From the NCBI GenBank assembly GCA_018830005.1, contig JAHJTE010000003.1, positions 199,674 to 263,673 of the forward strand: DNA of 64,000 nt, in the 5' to 3' direction. The stretch's first letter is position 1. Each line of letters opens with the position of its first letter. Shown piece after piece: positions 29,624-39,276 of this stretch. Origin of the DNA: Candidatus Omnitrophota bacterium. GTDB taxonomy: Bacteria; Omnitrophota; Gorgyraeia; JAHJTE01. A program made the position numbers and the translations under genes. The notes beneath the pieces are model-generated. The model was given only the letters and a program-made list of their open reading frames with translations, had not been told where the DNA came from and did not search any database.

Positions 29624-31969
29624 TTAGAATCCACGGCTAAAACTAAAATGAAGCTGACCCTCTTTTTGTTCCTCCCCTGCTTCAACTTGAAGAGGATAAC
29701 CATAATCCAACTTAAACGGCCCAAGAGGCGTCTTAATCCTCAAACCTACCCCGATACCGGTCTTAAACCCACCCTTGGAAAAATCCTCCATCTTCCTCCA
29801 GACGTTTCCTGAATCGATAAAGGCAGCTGCCCTAATATGCTTCCATAATGGATAGAGATATTCAATATTACCTACCAACAACGCTTCACCGCCAATAGGA
29901 TCATCGGTTACAGTATCAATCGGACCAACCTTTCGTTCATTATATCCGCGAATCGTCTCAGAGCCGCCAGCGAAGAAACGCTCATATATCGGTACATCAT
30001 CGCTATCACCAAAAGGATTGACAATGCCCAATCTTACTTTAAACATAGCTACTGCTTCACGAGGTAAAGGAAAAAACAAACTTGTAGAATGAGAGAACTT
30101 GGTGAAATCCTTATCTGCACCTAGTGGTCCGCCAGTAAATTCAAAACTATTCTGTGACCTTAATCCCTTATGAGGCTCGAATATATTGTCACGGCTATCA
30201 AAGGTAGCGCTTAGACCCAAGGTGCTCAATTGATTTTTCCCTTCCTCTTTCTTAAAATCGGCTGTAGCGCTATCATCTATATCGGAGATTTCAATCTCCT
30301 CTAACTGATAGAATGTATTTATGTACCAATATTCGGATAATTCTTTTCCCAAGCGCAGAACGCCACCTGCCTTATCTTCTTCATAACCAAATCCAACATC
30401 AGTTTCACGCTCACGCTTTTCCTTATAAATATCAAAACCAAAAGATACTGGATAATCAAAAAGCCAGGGCTCTGTAAAACTTAAATCAAACATTTCAGTT
30501 ATGCTACCAACCGAGGCACGCAATTTTAAATCCTGACCCCCGCCGGTAAAGTAAGGAAAATTTTTCCAGTCAAAATTTTTCTGCTCTAGTTCAACAAAGC
30601 CAATAAATTGATCAATTGAGCTGTAGCCGCCTCCAAAACTAAAAGCACCCGTGTGCGTTTCCTTTACCTCTACGATCAAATTACTTTTATTATTCTCCTG
30701 CGTAGGCTCTATATCAAAATCTATCCCCTCCAGCTCGTCAAAGAATCCGAGATTATAGAGTCGTTCTTTGGAACGGCGTAATTTAGCTCCGTCAAAGCGG
30801 TCTCCTGGCCTTAGACGCAATTGGCGACGGATAACAACATCCTTGGTCTTAATATTACCCCTGACTTTAATAAGATTAACATAGTTGATTTCGTGCTCTG
30901 TTATCTTAAAATGTATATCAACCTTTTCTGTTTTCTGGTTCAGACTTGATATAGCGCTCACCTTAGCATATATATATCCTCTATCCATATAGAAACTGCG
31001 AATATTAAATTCATCAACCTCCAAACCATTTTGACTGAATACAGCATCGGGCCGCATCTCTTTAGAATATTCCTTTATCTCTTCGGAAGAAAAAGACTCG
31101 TTACCTTCAATCGTTATCTTACCTACAAAATAACGCTTACCCTCCTGGATTTTTAACACTATTCTGTACCAACCCAGCCGCAAACTTAAAATCTCTTTAT
31201 CTATCTTAACATCGCTATATCCCTCACTGCGATAAAAGACGCCTAAACGCTGGATATCCTCTTCCAAAGTAGATTCGTCGAGATAGCCCTTTCTGAATAA
31301 CCACCAAGCCGAAGGCTTTGTCTTAATCAGGCTTATAATCCTTGAATCAGGAAATGCAGAATTACCTTCAACCTCAACTCTCCTGACGCGAGCACTTAGG
31401 CCTTCATCGACTTTAATCGTTATAGTGACTTTATTGTTTTTCTCATCCAGAACAGAGTCATAACTTGTCTGGACCAAGGAAAAGCCTTTGCGTGCATAGA
31501 TTCGCTTTATTTCATCTAAATCCTGTCGTAACCTCTGCTTATCCAAGTAAGTCTCTTCTTTTGTCTTCATGGATTCTTGCAGTATTCGCTTATGAATACG
31601 TCGCGTGCCCTTAAAACGGATAGAACCTATAATCGGTTTTTCTAAAACATGGAAGATTACCCTGACCTTGGTATCTACCTCCTCCAGCTCAATACGCACA
31701 TCATCAAAATAACCCAAGGCGTATAACCTTTTTATATCGTCTCTGGCAACCTTTACTGAATATTCACTGCCAACCTTGGTCTTTATCTTGGAGATAAGCG
31801 TAGATAAACTGACTGTCTTATTGCCGATGATGTCGATTTCCTTAATCTGTTTTTTCTCCCATGCCGCGCCATCATCCTGGGCATAGATTGAGAGACCTAA
31901 GGAAAACGTAATAACGAATGCGACAACAAGACTTAAAAGTTTAGATGTGGGAAGGGGCAATATCTTCAA
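29624..31969 (-). CDS. bamA: Outer membrane protein assembly factor BamA
   Basis: 781 aa with a signal peptide, POTRA-like repeats and a C-terminal beta-barrel ending ...HFSFSRGF. Confidence 0.9.
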   Translation of the reverse strand: MKILPLPTSKLLSLVVAFVITFSLGLSIYAQDDGAAWEKKQIKEIDIIGNKTVSLSTLISKIKTKVGSEYSVKVARDDIKRLYALGYFDDVRIELEEVDTKVRVIFHVLEKPIIGSIRFKGTRRIHKRILQESMKTKEETYLDKQRLRQDLDEIKRIYARKGFSLVQTSYDSVLDEKNNKVTITIKVDEGLSARVRRVEVEGNSAFPDSRIISLIKTKPSAWWLFRKGYLDESTLEEDIQRLGVFYRSEGYSDVKIDKEILSLRLGWYRIVLKIQEGKRYFVGKITIEGNESFSSEEIKEYSKEMRPDAVFSQNGLEVDEFNIRSFYMDRGYIYAKVSAISSLNQKTEKVDIHFKITEHEINYVNLIKVRGNIKTKDVVIRRQLRLRPGDRFDGAKLRRSKERLYNLGFFDELEGIDFDIEPTQENNKSNLIVEVKETHTGAFSFGGGYSSIDQFIGFVELEQKNFDWKNFPYFTGGGQDLKLRASVGSITEMFDLSFTEPWLFDYPVSFGFDIYKEKRERETDVGFGYEEDKAGGVLRLGKELSEYWYINTFYQLEEIEISDIDDSATADFKKEEGKNQLSTLGLSATFDSRDNIFEPHKGLRSQNSFEFTGGPLGADKDFTKFSHSTSLFFPLPREAVAMFKVRLGIVNPFGDSDDVPIYERFFAGGSETIRGYNERKVGPIDTVTDDPIGGEALLVGNIEYLYPLWKHIRAAAFIDSGNVWRKMEDFSKGGFKTGIGVGLRIKTPLGPFKLDYGYPLQVEAGEEQKEGQLHFSFSRGF

Positions 31970-33311
31970 ATCTAGTATACTCCTTAATAAATGTTAATTT
32001 CATTGAACCAACGGGACCATTTCTTTGTTTGGCGATAATAACATCTGCAATACCTTTATTATCCTCTGTAGGATTGTAATACTCTTCCCTTAGAAGCAAG
32101 GTAACTAAATCAGCGTCCTGTTCAATAGCGCCTGATTCTCTTAAATCTGACAATTGTGGCCGACGGTCAGTACGCGACTCAACAGCACGCGATAGCTGAC
32201 TTATGGCTATCAAAGGAATCCTTAATTCACGTGCTAAGGCCTTTAAGGAACGTGAGATCTCAGATATCTCCTGTTGCTTGCTCTCTGCATTAGACGGCCC
32301 GCGCATAAGCTGTAAATAATCAACTACAATTAACTGTATATTATGTTGTGATTTTAATCTGCGTGCTTTGGCACGGAGTTCAAAGATAGATAAAGAAGCT
32401 GTATCATCAACGAAAATCTTGGCATCAGATAGTTTGCCTGCCGCCTGGGTCAACCTCGGCCAATCGCTTGCAGAAAGAAAACCCGTTCTTACTCTGTGGG
32501 CGTCAACGCGGGCATGTGAACAGATCATGCGCTGGGCTAGCTGCTCCTTAGACATTTCAAGGCTAAAAAATGCAACAGGTATCTTTTCTACCAAGCCCAG
32601 ATGTTCAGTAATGCCCAAGGCAAAAGAGCTTTTACCCATTGAAGGACGTCCCGCAATCACGATAAAATCCGAAGCCTGCAGTCCTGCTGTACGCACATCA
32701 AAATCACTGTATCCTGTAGGCAGGCCCGTAACATGCGCCTTGCGCTGATAAAGCCTATCAATCGTTTCAATACTATTCTTAATAACCTCTTTCAGCGGCA
32801 GATTTGAAGACTCTATTCGGCTATCGCTTATGTCAAAGATTAACTGCTCGGCATGATCCAAGACTTCATCAACCTTATTTTCTGCCTCATATGCACTACT
32901 TATAATGCGTGTGGCATTAGTAATAAGGCTCCGGAGTACGTTCTTTTCTTTTACAATACGCGCATAGTGACTTACGTTAGTTGTGCTAGGGACTGCATTT
33001 GTCAATTCTGTAAGATAAGCAGCCCCGCCGATATCTTCAATCACCTTCTGCCTCTTCAGCTCATCCGCAAGTGTGACTAAATCTATTGCATTGCTGTGAC
33101 TATAAAGATTTACTAAAGAACGAAAAATCTTCCTATGAATCTCTTTGTAAAAATATTCCTCTTTTGTTACTTCCATGCCAGCATGGAGCGCGTCTTCATC
33201 AATAATCATTGAACCTAACAGGGCCATCTCTGCCTCTATGTTATTAGGGTTAGTACGTAAGGCTGACACTGTTGGTTCTTTCTGTTTAGTGTTTTGAGCG
33301 CGTTTCTTCAT
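31941..33311 (-). CDS. dnaB: Replicative DNA helicase DnaB
   Basis: 456 aa. N-terminal IEAEMALLGSMI. Walker A GRPSMGKSSFALG. RecA-like core. Confidence 0.9.
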   Translation of the reverse strand: MKKRAQNTKQKEPTVSALRTNPNNIEAEMALLGSMIIDEDALHAGMEVTKEEYFYKEIHRKIFRSLVNLYSHSNAIDLVTLADELKRQKVIEDIGGAAYLTELTNAVPSTTNVSHYARIVKEKNVLRSLITNATRIISSAYEAENKVDEVLDHAEQLIFDISDSRIESSNLPLKEVIKNSIETIDRLYQRKAHVTGLPTGYSDFDVRTAGLQASDFIVIAGRPSMGKSSFALGITEHLGLVEKIPVAFFSLEMSKEQLAQRMICSHARVDAHRVRTGFLSASDWPRLTQAAGKLSDAKIFVDDTASLSIFELRAKARRLKSQHNIQLIVVDYLQLMRGPSNAESKQQEISEISRSLKALARELRIPLIAISQLSRAVESRTDRRPQLSDLRESGAIEQDADLVTLLLREEYYNPTEDNKGIADVIIAKQRNGPVGSMKLTFIKEYTRFEDIAPSHI

Positions 33312-33751
33312 TTTTTAACTATCCAAATTTTTATCTTGGCTACAATGTCATATTTTAAACGGACTTCTATTTCATAAATACCCAACTCTTTAATAGCCTG
33401 CTCCATTAGTACATTATTCGGCTGGATGTCTATGCCCTCAAGTTTGACTGCCTCTACTATTTCTTCTTTGGAAACGCCTGCATAGAGTTTTTCTTCTTCG
33501 TTAGTAGCAACAGGGATAGTAAAGGATTTTCCGCTTAAGCTGCTACAAATCTCTTTATAATGACTCTTATCTTTTTCTCCCGCCAGTTTTTTAGCCTTCT
33601 TTTCTTTTTCGATTTTTTCTAAATTAGCCTGCGTTACTCTAAAGGCTAAATTTTTGGGTAAGAGATAATTTCTTGCATAACCAGCTTTAACCTTAACTAC
33701 ATCATAGGCCTTACCTAATTTTGGGATATCATTACGTAATATAATCTCCAT
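33308..33751 (-). CDS. rplI: 50S ribosomal protein L9
   Basis: 147 aa. MEIILRNDIPKLGKAYDVVKVKAGYARNYLLPKNLA. Confidence 0.9.
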   Translation of the reverse strand: MEIILRNDIPKLGKAYDVVKVKAGYARNYLLPKNLAFRVTQANLEKIEKEKKAKKLAGEKDKSHYKEICSSLSGKSFTIPVATNEEEKLYAGVSKEEIVEAVKLEGIDIQPNNVLMEQAIKELGIYEIEVRLKYDIVAKIKIWIVKK

Positions 33752-33832
33752 TGTCTTAATCCTTTTGCTAAATCTGCTTTTCTAGAATTCTTATAGGGCC
33801 CTGCGAAAATCATGAATGTGATTTTATAGGGC

Positions 33833-34087
33833 CTAGCGTGTATAAGGTAGCAATGCTACAAATCTAGCCCTTTTAATCGCTTGGCTTAAACTTCTTTGGT
33901 GTTTTGCGCAATTACCTGTAATGCGGCTTGAGATAATCTTACCGCGCTCATTGATAAACCTCTCGAGAAATTTTATATTTTTATAGTCCATCTCTATGGA
34001 TTTATCCCGACATAATCTACAGACCTTTTTCCTCAAAAATAAATTTCTCTTCTTGAACTTATTATCAAGCTTCCTTCTCTTAAACAA
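33833..34087 (-). CDS. rpsR: 30S ribosomal protein S18
   Basis: 84 aa. [23 protein letters not shown]...[27 protein letters not shown]. Confidence 0.9.
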   Translation of the reverse strand: MFKRRKLDNKFKKRNLFLRKKVCRLCRDKSIEMDYKNIKFLERFINERGKIISSRITGNCAKHQRSLSQAIKRARFVALLPYTR

Positions 34088-34155
34088 TTATTTCCTCCTT
34101 TGATGAGCACATAATTTATTGGCTATTTATGTAGAACTAAAGGTTATATGTGAAC

Positions 34156-34605
34156 CTAAGAAACATCCTCGTCCACTGACCAGGAAGGATCTAGACCATA
34201 GTCTGTCTGGACGCTATCTTGCTTAGCTGGTTCTTTTTCTTCAGTCGTCTGGACTGATGCATCTTGTCCCTTGGAAGCTCCTCCTAAAAATTGCACACGT
34301 TCAGCCCTAACTTCTAATACATTTCTTTTACTTCCATCCTGCGCCTGCCAAGAACGCGACTGCAATCTTCCTTCCACAAAAATTGGCCTGCCCTTCTGGA
34401 GATACTGATTGCATACCTCAGCCTGTTTATTCCAGGTAACAACCGTAACAAAACAGACCTCGTCCTTTTGCTGCCCTTCTTTATCTTTGAATCTGCGATT
34501 TGTAGCAATGCGCAAATTGGCTACAGCAGTACCTGAAGGGGTATAGCGCAGTTCAGGATCTCGGGTTAAGTTTCCGATTAAAAACACCTTGTTAAAATTA
34601 GCCAT
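34156..34605 (-). CDS. ssb: Single-stranded DNA-binding protein
   Basis: 149 aa. N-terminal OB fold MANFNKVFLIGNLTRDPELRYTPSG. Acidic C-terminal tail. Confidence 0.9.
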   Translation of the reverse strand: MANFNKVFLIGNLTRDPELRYTPSGTAVANLRIATNRRFKDKEGQQKDEVCFVTVVTWNKQAEVCNQYLQKGRPIFVEGRLQSRSWQAQDGSKRNVLEVRAERVQFLGGASKGQDASVQTTEEKEPAKQDSVQTDYGLDPSWSVDEDVS

Positions 34606-34633
34606 GTTATCTCTCCCTCAATGAGGGCACAAT

Positions 34634-34978
34634 TTAGCTTGCGCTTTTGACGCTTACTAAGCCCTGACTCCTTTTGACGATTAATACCCTAATTATTGAA
34701 TCATTTAATTTAAATTCGCTTCTTAACTGAGTTATCGCCTCTGAAGCTATTTTAAAGTTAACTAAATAAAATAAGGCCTCGCCATATCTTTTTAGGCCAC
34801 CGCTTGTCAAGGCAGAGCTAATATTAAAGGCAAGCCTCTTCTTTTCAGCCCAAATATCAGAGACCTCTATCTGGCCGCCCTTTTTGTCGATGGCATCCCT
34901 TATCTTATCAAACACAACTTTTCTTTCTTCTTCCGATAAATCTGGCCTCATCAAGATCATTGCTTCATAATTATTCAT
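34634..34978 (-). CDS. rpsF: 30S ribosomal protein S6
   Basis: 114 aa. MNNYEAMILMRPDLSEEE. Sits in the rpsF-ssb-rpsR context. Confidence 0.85.
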   Translation of the reverse strand: MNNYEAMILMRPDLSEEERKVVFDKIRDAIDKKGGQIEVSDIWAEKKRLAFNISSALTSGGLKRYGEALFYLVNFKIASEAITQLRSEFKLNDSIIRVLIVKRSQGLVSVKSAS

Positions 34979-34985
34979 AAATCAA

Positions 34986-35525
34986 TTAACCCCCATTCTT
35001 TATCCATTCACAAATTTTTTTTTCTGCATCTTCAATAATTTGAGGAAACTCTCTTTTTTCTCTCGGATTAAATTTAGATAAGACATATTCACTCACATCA
35101 GAGCTTGCATCAAGACATCTTCCAATACCAATCTTTAAACGACTAAAATCATTTCTGCCTAAAGCATTTATTATTGAACGCATTCCGCGATGACCCGCAT
35201 CAGAACCTTTATTTTTAAGTCTAATCTTTCCGAAGGCTAAATCCAAACAATCGCAGATAACAAGTAAATCACCTATTTCGATATCTTTCTCTAGCATAAA
35301 AGGAGAAAGGCTTAAGCCGCAAATATTCATAAATCTAAGTGACTTAAAAAGGAGAACTCTCCTACCGCAAATTTGGCCACTTGCGATTCTAGCCCTTGCC
35401 TTAACATTGGTCCTAAATCTTATGCTATTATCCTCAGCAAGTGAGTCTATGACTTTAAAACCGATATTATGACGCGTATCCCTGTACTTGGCAGTTGGAT
35501 TGCCTAAACCAACAATCAATCTCAT
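34986..35525 (-). CDS. pth: Peptidyl-tRNA hydrolase
   Basis: 179 aa. MRLIVGLGNPTAKYRDTRHNIGF. Confidence 0.9.
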   Translation of the reverse strand: MRLIVGLGNPTAKYRDTRHNIGFKVIDSLAEDNSIRFRTNVKARARIASGQICGRRVLLFKSLRFMNICGLSLSPFMLEKDIEIGDLLVICDCLDLAFGKIRLKNKGSDAGHRGMRSIINALGRNDFSRLKIGIGRCLDASSDVSEYVLSKFNPREKREFPQIIEDAEKKICEWIKNGG

Positions 35526-36253
35526 TCTTTAGTTTTTTCCTTTGGCTTTTCCTTAACTTCCGGCGCTTCTTTTCCCTCCTCTTCGCCTTTCTCCTTCTTC
35601 TCCTTTATTACCTCAGGCTCTTGTGCGCCTTCAGCCGCCTCGCCTTCAACCGCCTCCTCAGGTGGCGCTTCCTCTTTAATCGGAGCTGCAACAGATACTA
35701 CAACCATTTCTGGATCCTGCAAGAAAACAACGCCTGCAGGCAATTTCAAATCCTTAACATGGATATTATCTCCTATGTTAAGCGAGGTCACATCAACCTC
35801 TATTTTCTCAGGCATATTCCTGGGTAAACATTTAATCTCCAATTCCCATAATTGATGTTCTAATGCCCCGCTATCCTGTTTAACGCCTATGGGCTCACCT
35901 TTAGCTATTATAGGTACTTTTACGGTGATTTCTTCCGTAAGTGAAATCTCATGAAAATCTACATGCAAGATAGTATCCAATACCGGATCATACTGGATAT
36001 CCTTTATGATAACGTAGTGTTCTTTATGTTTTTTAGCGTCACTTGCCTCATCGCGAATCTTCAAATTCACAATAACGTTTTCAGCAGGATGAGTTCCTAT
36101 TGCCCTTTGAAAACAAGTTCTGTCAATACTTAAGACATGATTGGCCTTATCTGAATACACCACTGCCGGGATAAGCTTAGCGCGCCTTAAGGCCTTAACC
36201 TTAGACTTTCCTTTCTCTTTACGCAAAGATACTTCTAATTGAATCTCCTCCAT
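35522..36253 (-). CDS. rplY: 50S ribosomal protein L25 / general stress protein Ctc with E/K/P-rich C-terminal extension
   Basis: 243 aa. The N-terminus matches L25/Ctc (VSLRKEKGKSKVKALRRAKLIPAVVY). Low-complexity acidic/lysine C-tail. Confidence 0.85.
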   Translation of the reverse strand: MEEIQLEVSLRKEKGKSKVKALRRAKLIPAVVYSDKANHVLSIDRTCFQRAIGTHPAENVIVNLKIRDEASDAKKHKEHYVIIKDIQYDPVLDTILHVDFHEISLTEEITVKVPIIAKGEPIGVKQDSGALEHQLWELEIKCLPRNMPEKIEVDVTSLNIGDNIHVKDLKLPAGVVFLQDPEMVVVSVAAPIKEEAPPEEAVEGEAAEGAQEPEVIKEKKEKGEEEGKEAPEVKEKPKEKTKE

Positions 36254-36282
36254 AAATCCTCCAACGAATGCATTAAATATTT

Positions 36283-37221
36283 TTAATCATCAAACAAACA
36301 ACTTACTGACTCTTCTCTGTGGATTCTTTTTATCGCCTCTCCCAGAAGCGGAGCCACAGAAAGAACCTTAATCCGAGAGCCTTCACTTTTATCAAGCAAG
36401 GGTATTGTATCAGTAATTACCAATTCCTTTAAAATTGATTTTTCAATGCGGCTTATTGCATCTTCAGATAACACACCGTGCGCCACAGCTGCGTAGATAT
36501 CGCAAGCCCCTGCCTTTCTTAAGGCAACAGCAGCCTCAATAAGTGAACTTCCGGTAGCAGTCAAATCATCAACGACTATACAATCCTTTCCCTTAACCTC
36601 TCCCAATATATTCATAATCTCAATCTGATCAGGAGAAAGGCGCCGTTTATCTACTATAGCCAACTGCGCAGACATCCTCTTGGCGTAGGCACGTGCCATT
36701 TTGATACCACCCACATCAGGAGACACAATTACTAAATTCTCTAATTCTAATTTAGAAAAATAATCAACGAAAACATTTATAGCGAACAAATGGTCCAGCG
36801 GAATATCAAAAAAGCCTTGAATCTGACCCGCATGTAGATCAATTGTCAGGACTCTATCTGCCCCAGCACTAGTTAGGAGATTAGCTACAAGCTTTGCGGT
36901 TATGGGAACACGCGGCTGATCTTTCCTGTCCTGGCGGGCGTAACCATAATAAGGTATAACAGCAGTAATCCTGGCGCTCGATGCTCGTTTGAGTGCATCA
37001 ATCATAATTAAAAGCTCCATGAGGTTATCATTGGGAGGCGGACAAGTCGGCTGAATAACAAATACGTCTTTACCCCGCACGTTCTCGTTAATCTTAACCC
37101 GAATCTCACCTTCACTAAAACTAGTAATCAATGCATCGGCTAATTTCAGCCTTAGATATTTACAGATATCTTCTGCTAATTTACGATTAGCGTTTCCAGT
37201 AAATACAGTCAATTTATCCAT
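36283..37221 (-). CDS. prs: Ribose-phosphate pyrophosphokinase
   Basis: 312 aa. DLHAGQIQGFFDIP. PRPP-binding VVDDLTATGSS. Confidence 0.9.
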   Translation of the reverse strand: MDKLTVFTGNANRKLAEDICKYLRLKLADALITSFSEGEIRVKINENVRGKDVFVIQPTCPPPNDNLMELLIMIDALKRASSARITAVIPYYGYARQDRKDQPRVPITAKLVANLLTSAGADRVLTIDLHAGQIQGFFDIPLDHLFAINVFVDYFSKLELENLVIVSPDVGGIKMARAYAKRMSAQLAIVDKRRLSPDQIEIMNILGEVKGKDCIVVDDLTATGSSLIEAAVALRKAGACDIYAAVAHGVLSEDAISRIEKSILKELVITDTIPLLDKSEGSRIKVLSVAPLLGEAIKRIHREESVSCLFDD

Positions 37222-37222
37222 T

Positions 37223-38497
37223 TTATCCTCTCTTCTTATTGATAATTCTAGCTGGAACTCCCACTGCTACTTTGCCTTTTGGCACATTTCTCTTTTTTAC
37301 AAGTACTGAACCCGCACCTGTAACAGCAGTTTTGCCTACCTTTACAGGAGCAATTAAAACTGTATCACAACCAATAAATGCGCCATCTTCGATGTGCGTC
37401 TTATGCTTAGTTAAGCCATCAAAATTAGCGGTGACTGAACCTGCGCCAACATTGACTTTTTTTCCAATAGAACAATCACCCAGATAGCCAAAATGCTTTA
37501 TGATGGTTCCTGAGCCAACACGCGTGCGAGAAAGTTCAACGAAATTTCCCACTGTCACATTGTCATCCAAATGTACATCTTTTCTTAAGCGCGCAAAGGG
37601 TCCGATAGAACAATCCTTGCCAATCACTACCTGAGTTTCAATATATGTAAAAGGATAGATAACTGTCTCCGTACCAATCTTCACATTTGCTTCAATATAG
37701 GTATTTGCAGGATCCATGATCTTTACGCCCTCTGCCAAAAAGCCACTAACAATTCTCGAGGACATAATTCTCGCAGCCTTGGCAAGATCAGCTGCAGAAT
37801 TAATACCCAAGATTTCCTCCAGGGTCTGGGCGCTGACTACACCTACTCCTTGAGTAAGTAAGATCCCGATCGCATCCGTCAAATAATATTCATTCTTATT
37901 TTTGCGGCGCCTAATCTGACCAAGCGCACGGCCTAGGACGCCTTTCTTAAAACAATATATGCCGCTATTAATTTCTCCTATCTGTTTTTCTTCCTCGCAC
38001 AAATCTATCTCTTCTGTGATCCTCTCTACCTGACCTGTCTTGTTTCTTATAACCCTGCCGTAACCTGCCGGCGATTCAGAAACAGCGCTTAACAATGTAG
38101 CCGCTCTCAGAGAGTGCATATGTGAATCAATTAACCTCTTAATAGTAGCGACTTTAAAAAGCGCAACATCAGCATTAATAACAAATATATCTGAAGCTGC
38201 CTTAGCGACTTTAGATAAAGCAGATTTTAAGGCATCTGCTGTACCTAAAGGCTTGAGTTGAATTGCAACCTTTATTCTTTGATTCCTGGCCTCTAATTTG
38301 CGCTTTAGGAATAGAAGCTCTTTATTCAAGACAATGACTATTTCTTTAAAATCATTTACCTTCAATAAATTATCAATAACCGTATCCAGTAATGTCCTGC
38401 CGCAAAGCGGAATGAGCACCTTGGGTTTTTTGGACTTCATGCGTACGCCTTTACCAGCAGCAAGAACCACGGCACTAATACATCTGTTTTTCTTCAT
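37223..38497 (-). CDS. glmU: Bifunctional GlcNAc-1-P uridyltransferase / GlcN-1-P acetyltransferase
   Basis: 424 aa. N-terminal AVVLAAGKGVRMKS nucleotidyltransferase motif. C-terminal left-handed beta-helix. Confidence 0.8.
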   Translation of the reverse strand: MKKNRCISAVVLAAGKGVRMKSKKPKVLIPLCGRTLLDTVIDNLLKVNDFKEIVIVLNKELLFLKRKLEARNQRIKVAIQLKPLGTADALKSALSKVAKAASDIFVINADVALFKVATIKRLIDSHMHSLRAATLLSAVSESPAGYGRVIRNKTGQVERITEEIDLCEEEKQIGEINSGIYCFKKGVLGRALGQIRRRKNKNEYYLTDAIGILLTQGVGVVSAQTLEEILGINSAADLAKAARIMSSRIVSGFLAEGVKIMDPANTYIEANVKIGTETVIYPFTYIETQVVIGKDCSIGPFARLRKDVHLDDNVTVGNFVELSRTRVGSGTIIKHFGYLGDCSIGKKVNVGAGSVTANFDGLTKHKTHIEDGAFIGCDTVLIAPVKVGKTAVTGAGSVLVKKRNVPKGKVAVGVPARIINKKRG

Positions 38498-38629
38498 ACA
38501 AATTTGAGCTTAAATTTTAATGAGCTGACTAACCGCCTCTATTTAACAGGTGGGATTTGTTCAAAGAGACGGGGATAATTTCAGGTCATGCCCAACGAGG
38601 TTTCCTAAATTAGGGGCTCTCTCCAATTG

Positions 38630-38701
38630 CTGGGACGTCTGGACTCGAACCAGAATACCGAGACCCAAATTCTCGTGTCCTACCAATTAGACGACATCCC
38701 A
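38630..38701 (-). tRNA. tRNA-Gln (anticodon TTG)
   Basis: U1-A72 acceptor (TGGGATG/CGTCCCA), anticodon stem CGAGA/TCTCG with loop ATTTGGG, GGTTCGAGTCC. Confidence 0.75.
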
Positions 38702-38718
38702 ATTAATTCGCTATTTTA

Positions 38719-39135
38719 TTAAGCTATCCTTTCGCCAGTATTCCCCTGAACTACTGACGGACCCTTAGACCTTTCAAGTTCGTAGGCATCCAAGACCTTC
38801 TTCTGAAGATATTCTCGGAAACTCTGCGTGATAGGATGGGCAATATCCCTGTGTTCTGACTCGGTTCTCGCCTGAGGAGATTGTGCCCTGCTAACGTCAG
38901 GTACCTGACCACCGCATTGATTGCAGAATTTAGCGCGAGCCTCATTTCTAAATGAACATTTTGGACACAAATACTTGATCTTCCGGGAAGGCATGGCAAT
39001 AAACAGGCCGCTGTTACCTTCAATAACTTTGATATTGCGCACAACAAATGCATTATCAAATGTTACAGTAGCATAGGCCTTTAGTTTCTTATCCGGGCTT
39101 TCCTTTAAGAATATTCTTGTTTCTGTTATCTCCAT
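38719..39135 (-). CDS. spoVG: SpoVG-family protein carrying an inserted CxxC...CxxC zinc ribbon
   Basis: MEITETRIF...FVVRNIKVIEGNSGLFIAMPSRK and HRDIAHPIT match SpoVG. A roughly 40-aa insertion KYLCPKCSFRNEARAKFCNQCGG lies between them. True start at 39135 is preceded by GAAGGAGG. Confidence 0.8.
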   Translation of the reverse strand: MEITETRIFLKESPDKKLKAYATVTFDNAFVVRNIKVIEGNSGLFIAMPSRKIKYLCPKCSFRNEARAKFCNQCGGQVPDVSRAQSPQARTESEHRDIAHPITQSFREYLQKKVLDAYELERSKGPSVVQGNTGERIA

Positions 39136-39276
39136 AGTTGGTTTCGCCTCCTTCGACTCGCTTCGCTCGCTCAAGGCCTTTTACACAGAAGTATTGAGCG
39201 AAATCGAAGCACTCCCTTAATGAATGCCTCACCTCTTACACCAAAGCAAACAGGGCGTAAGAATCGCCTACGTGAA

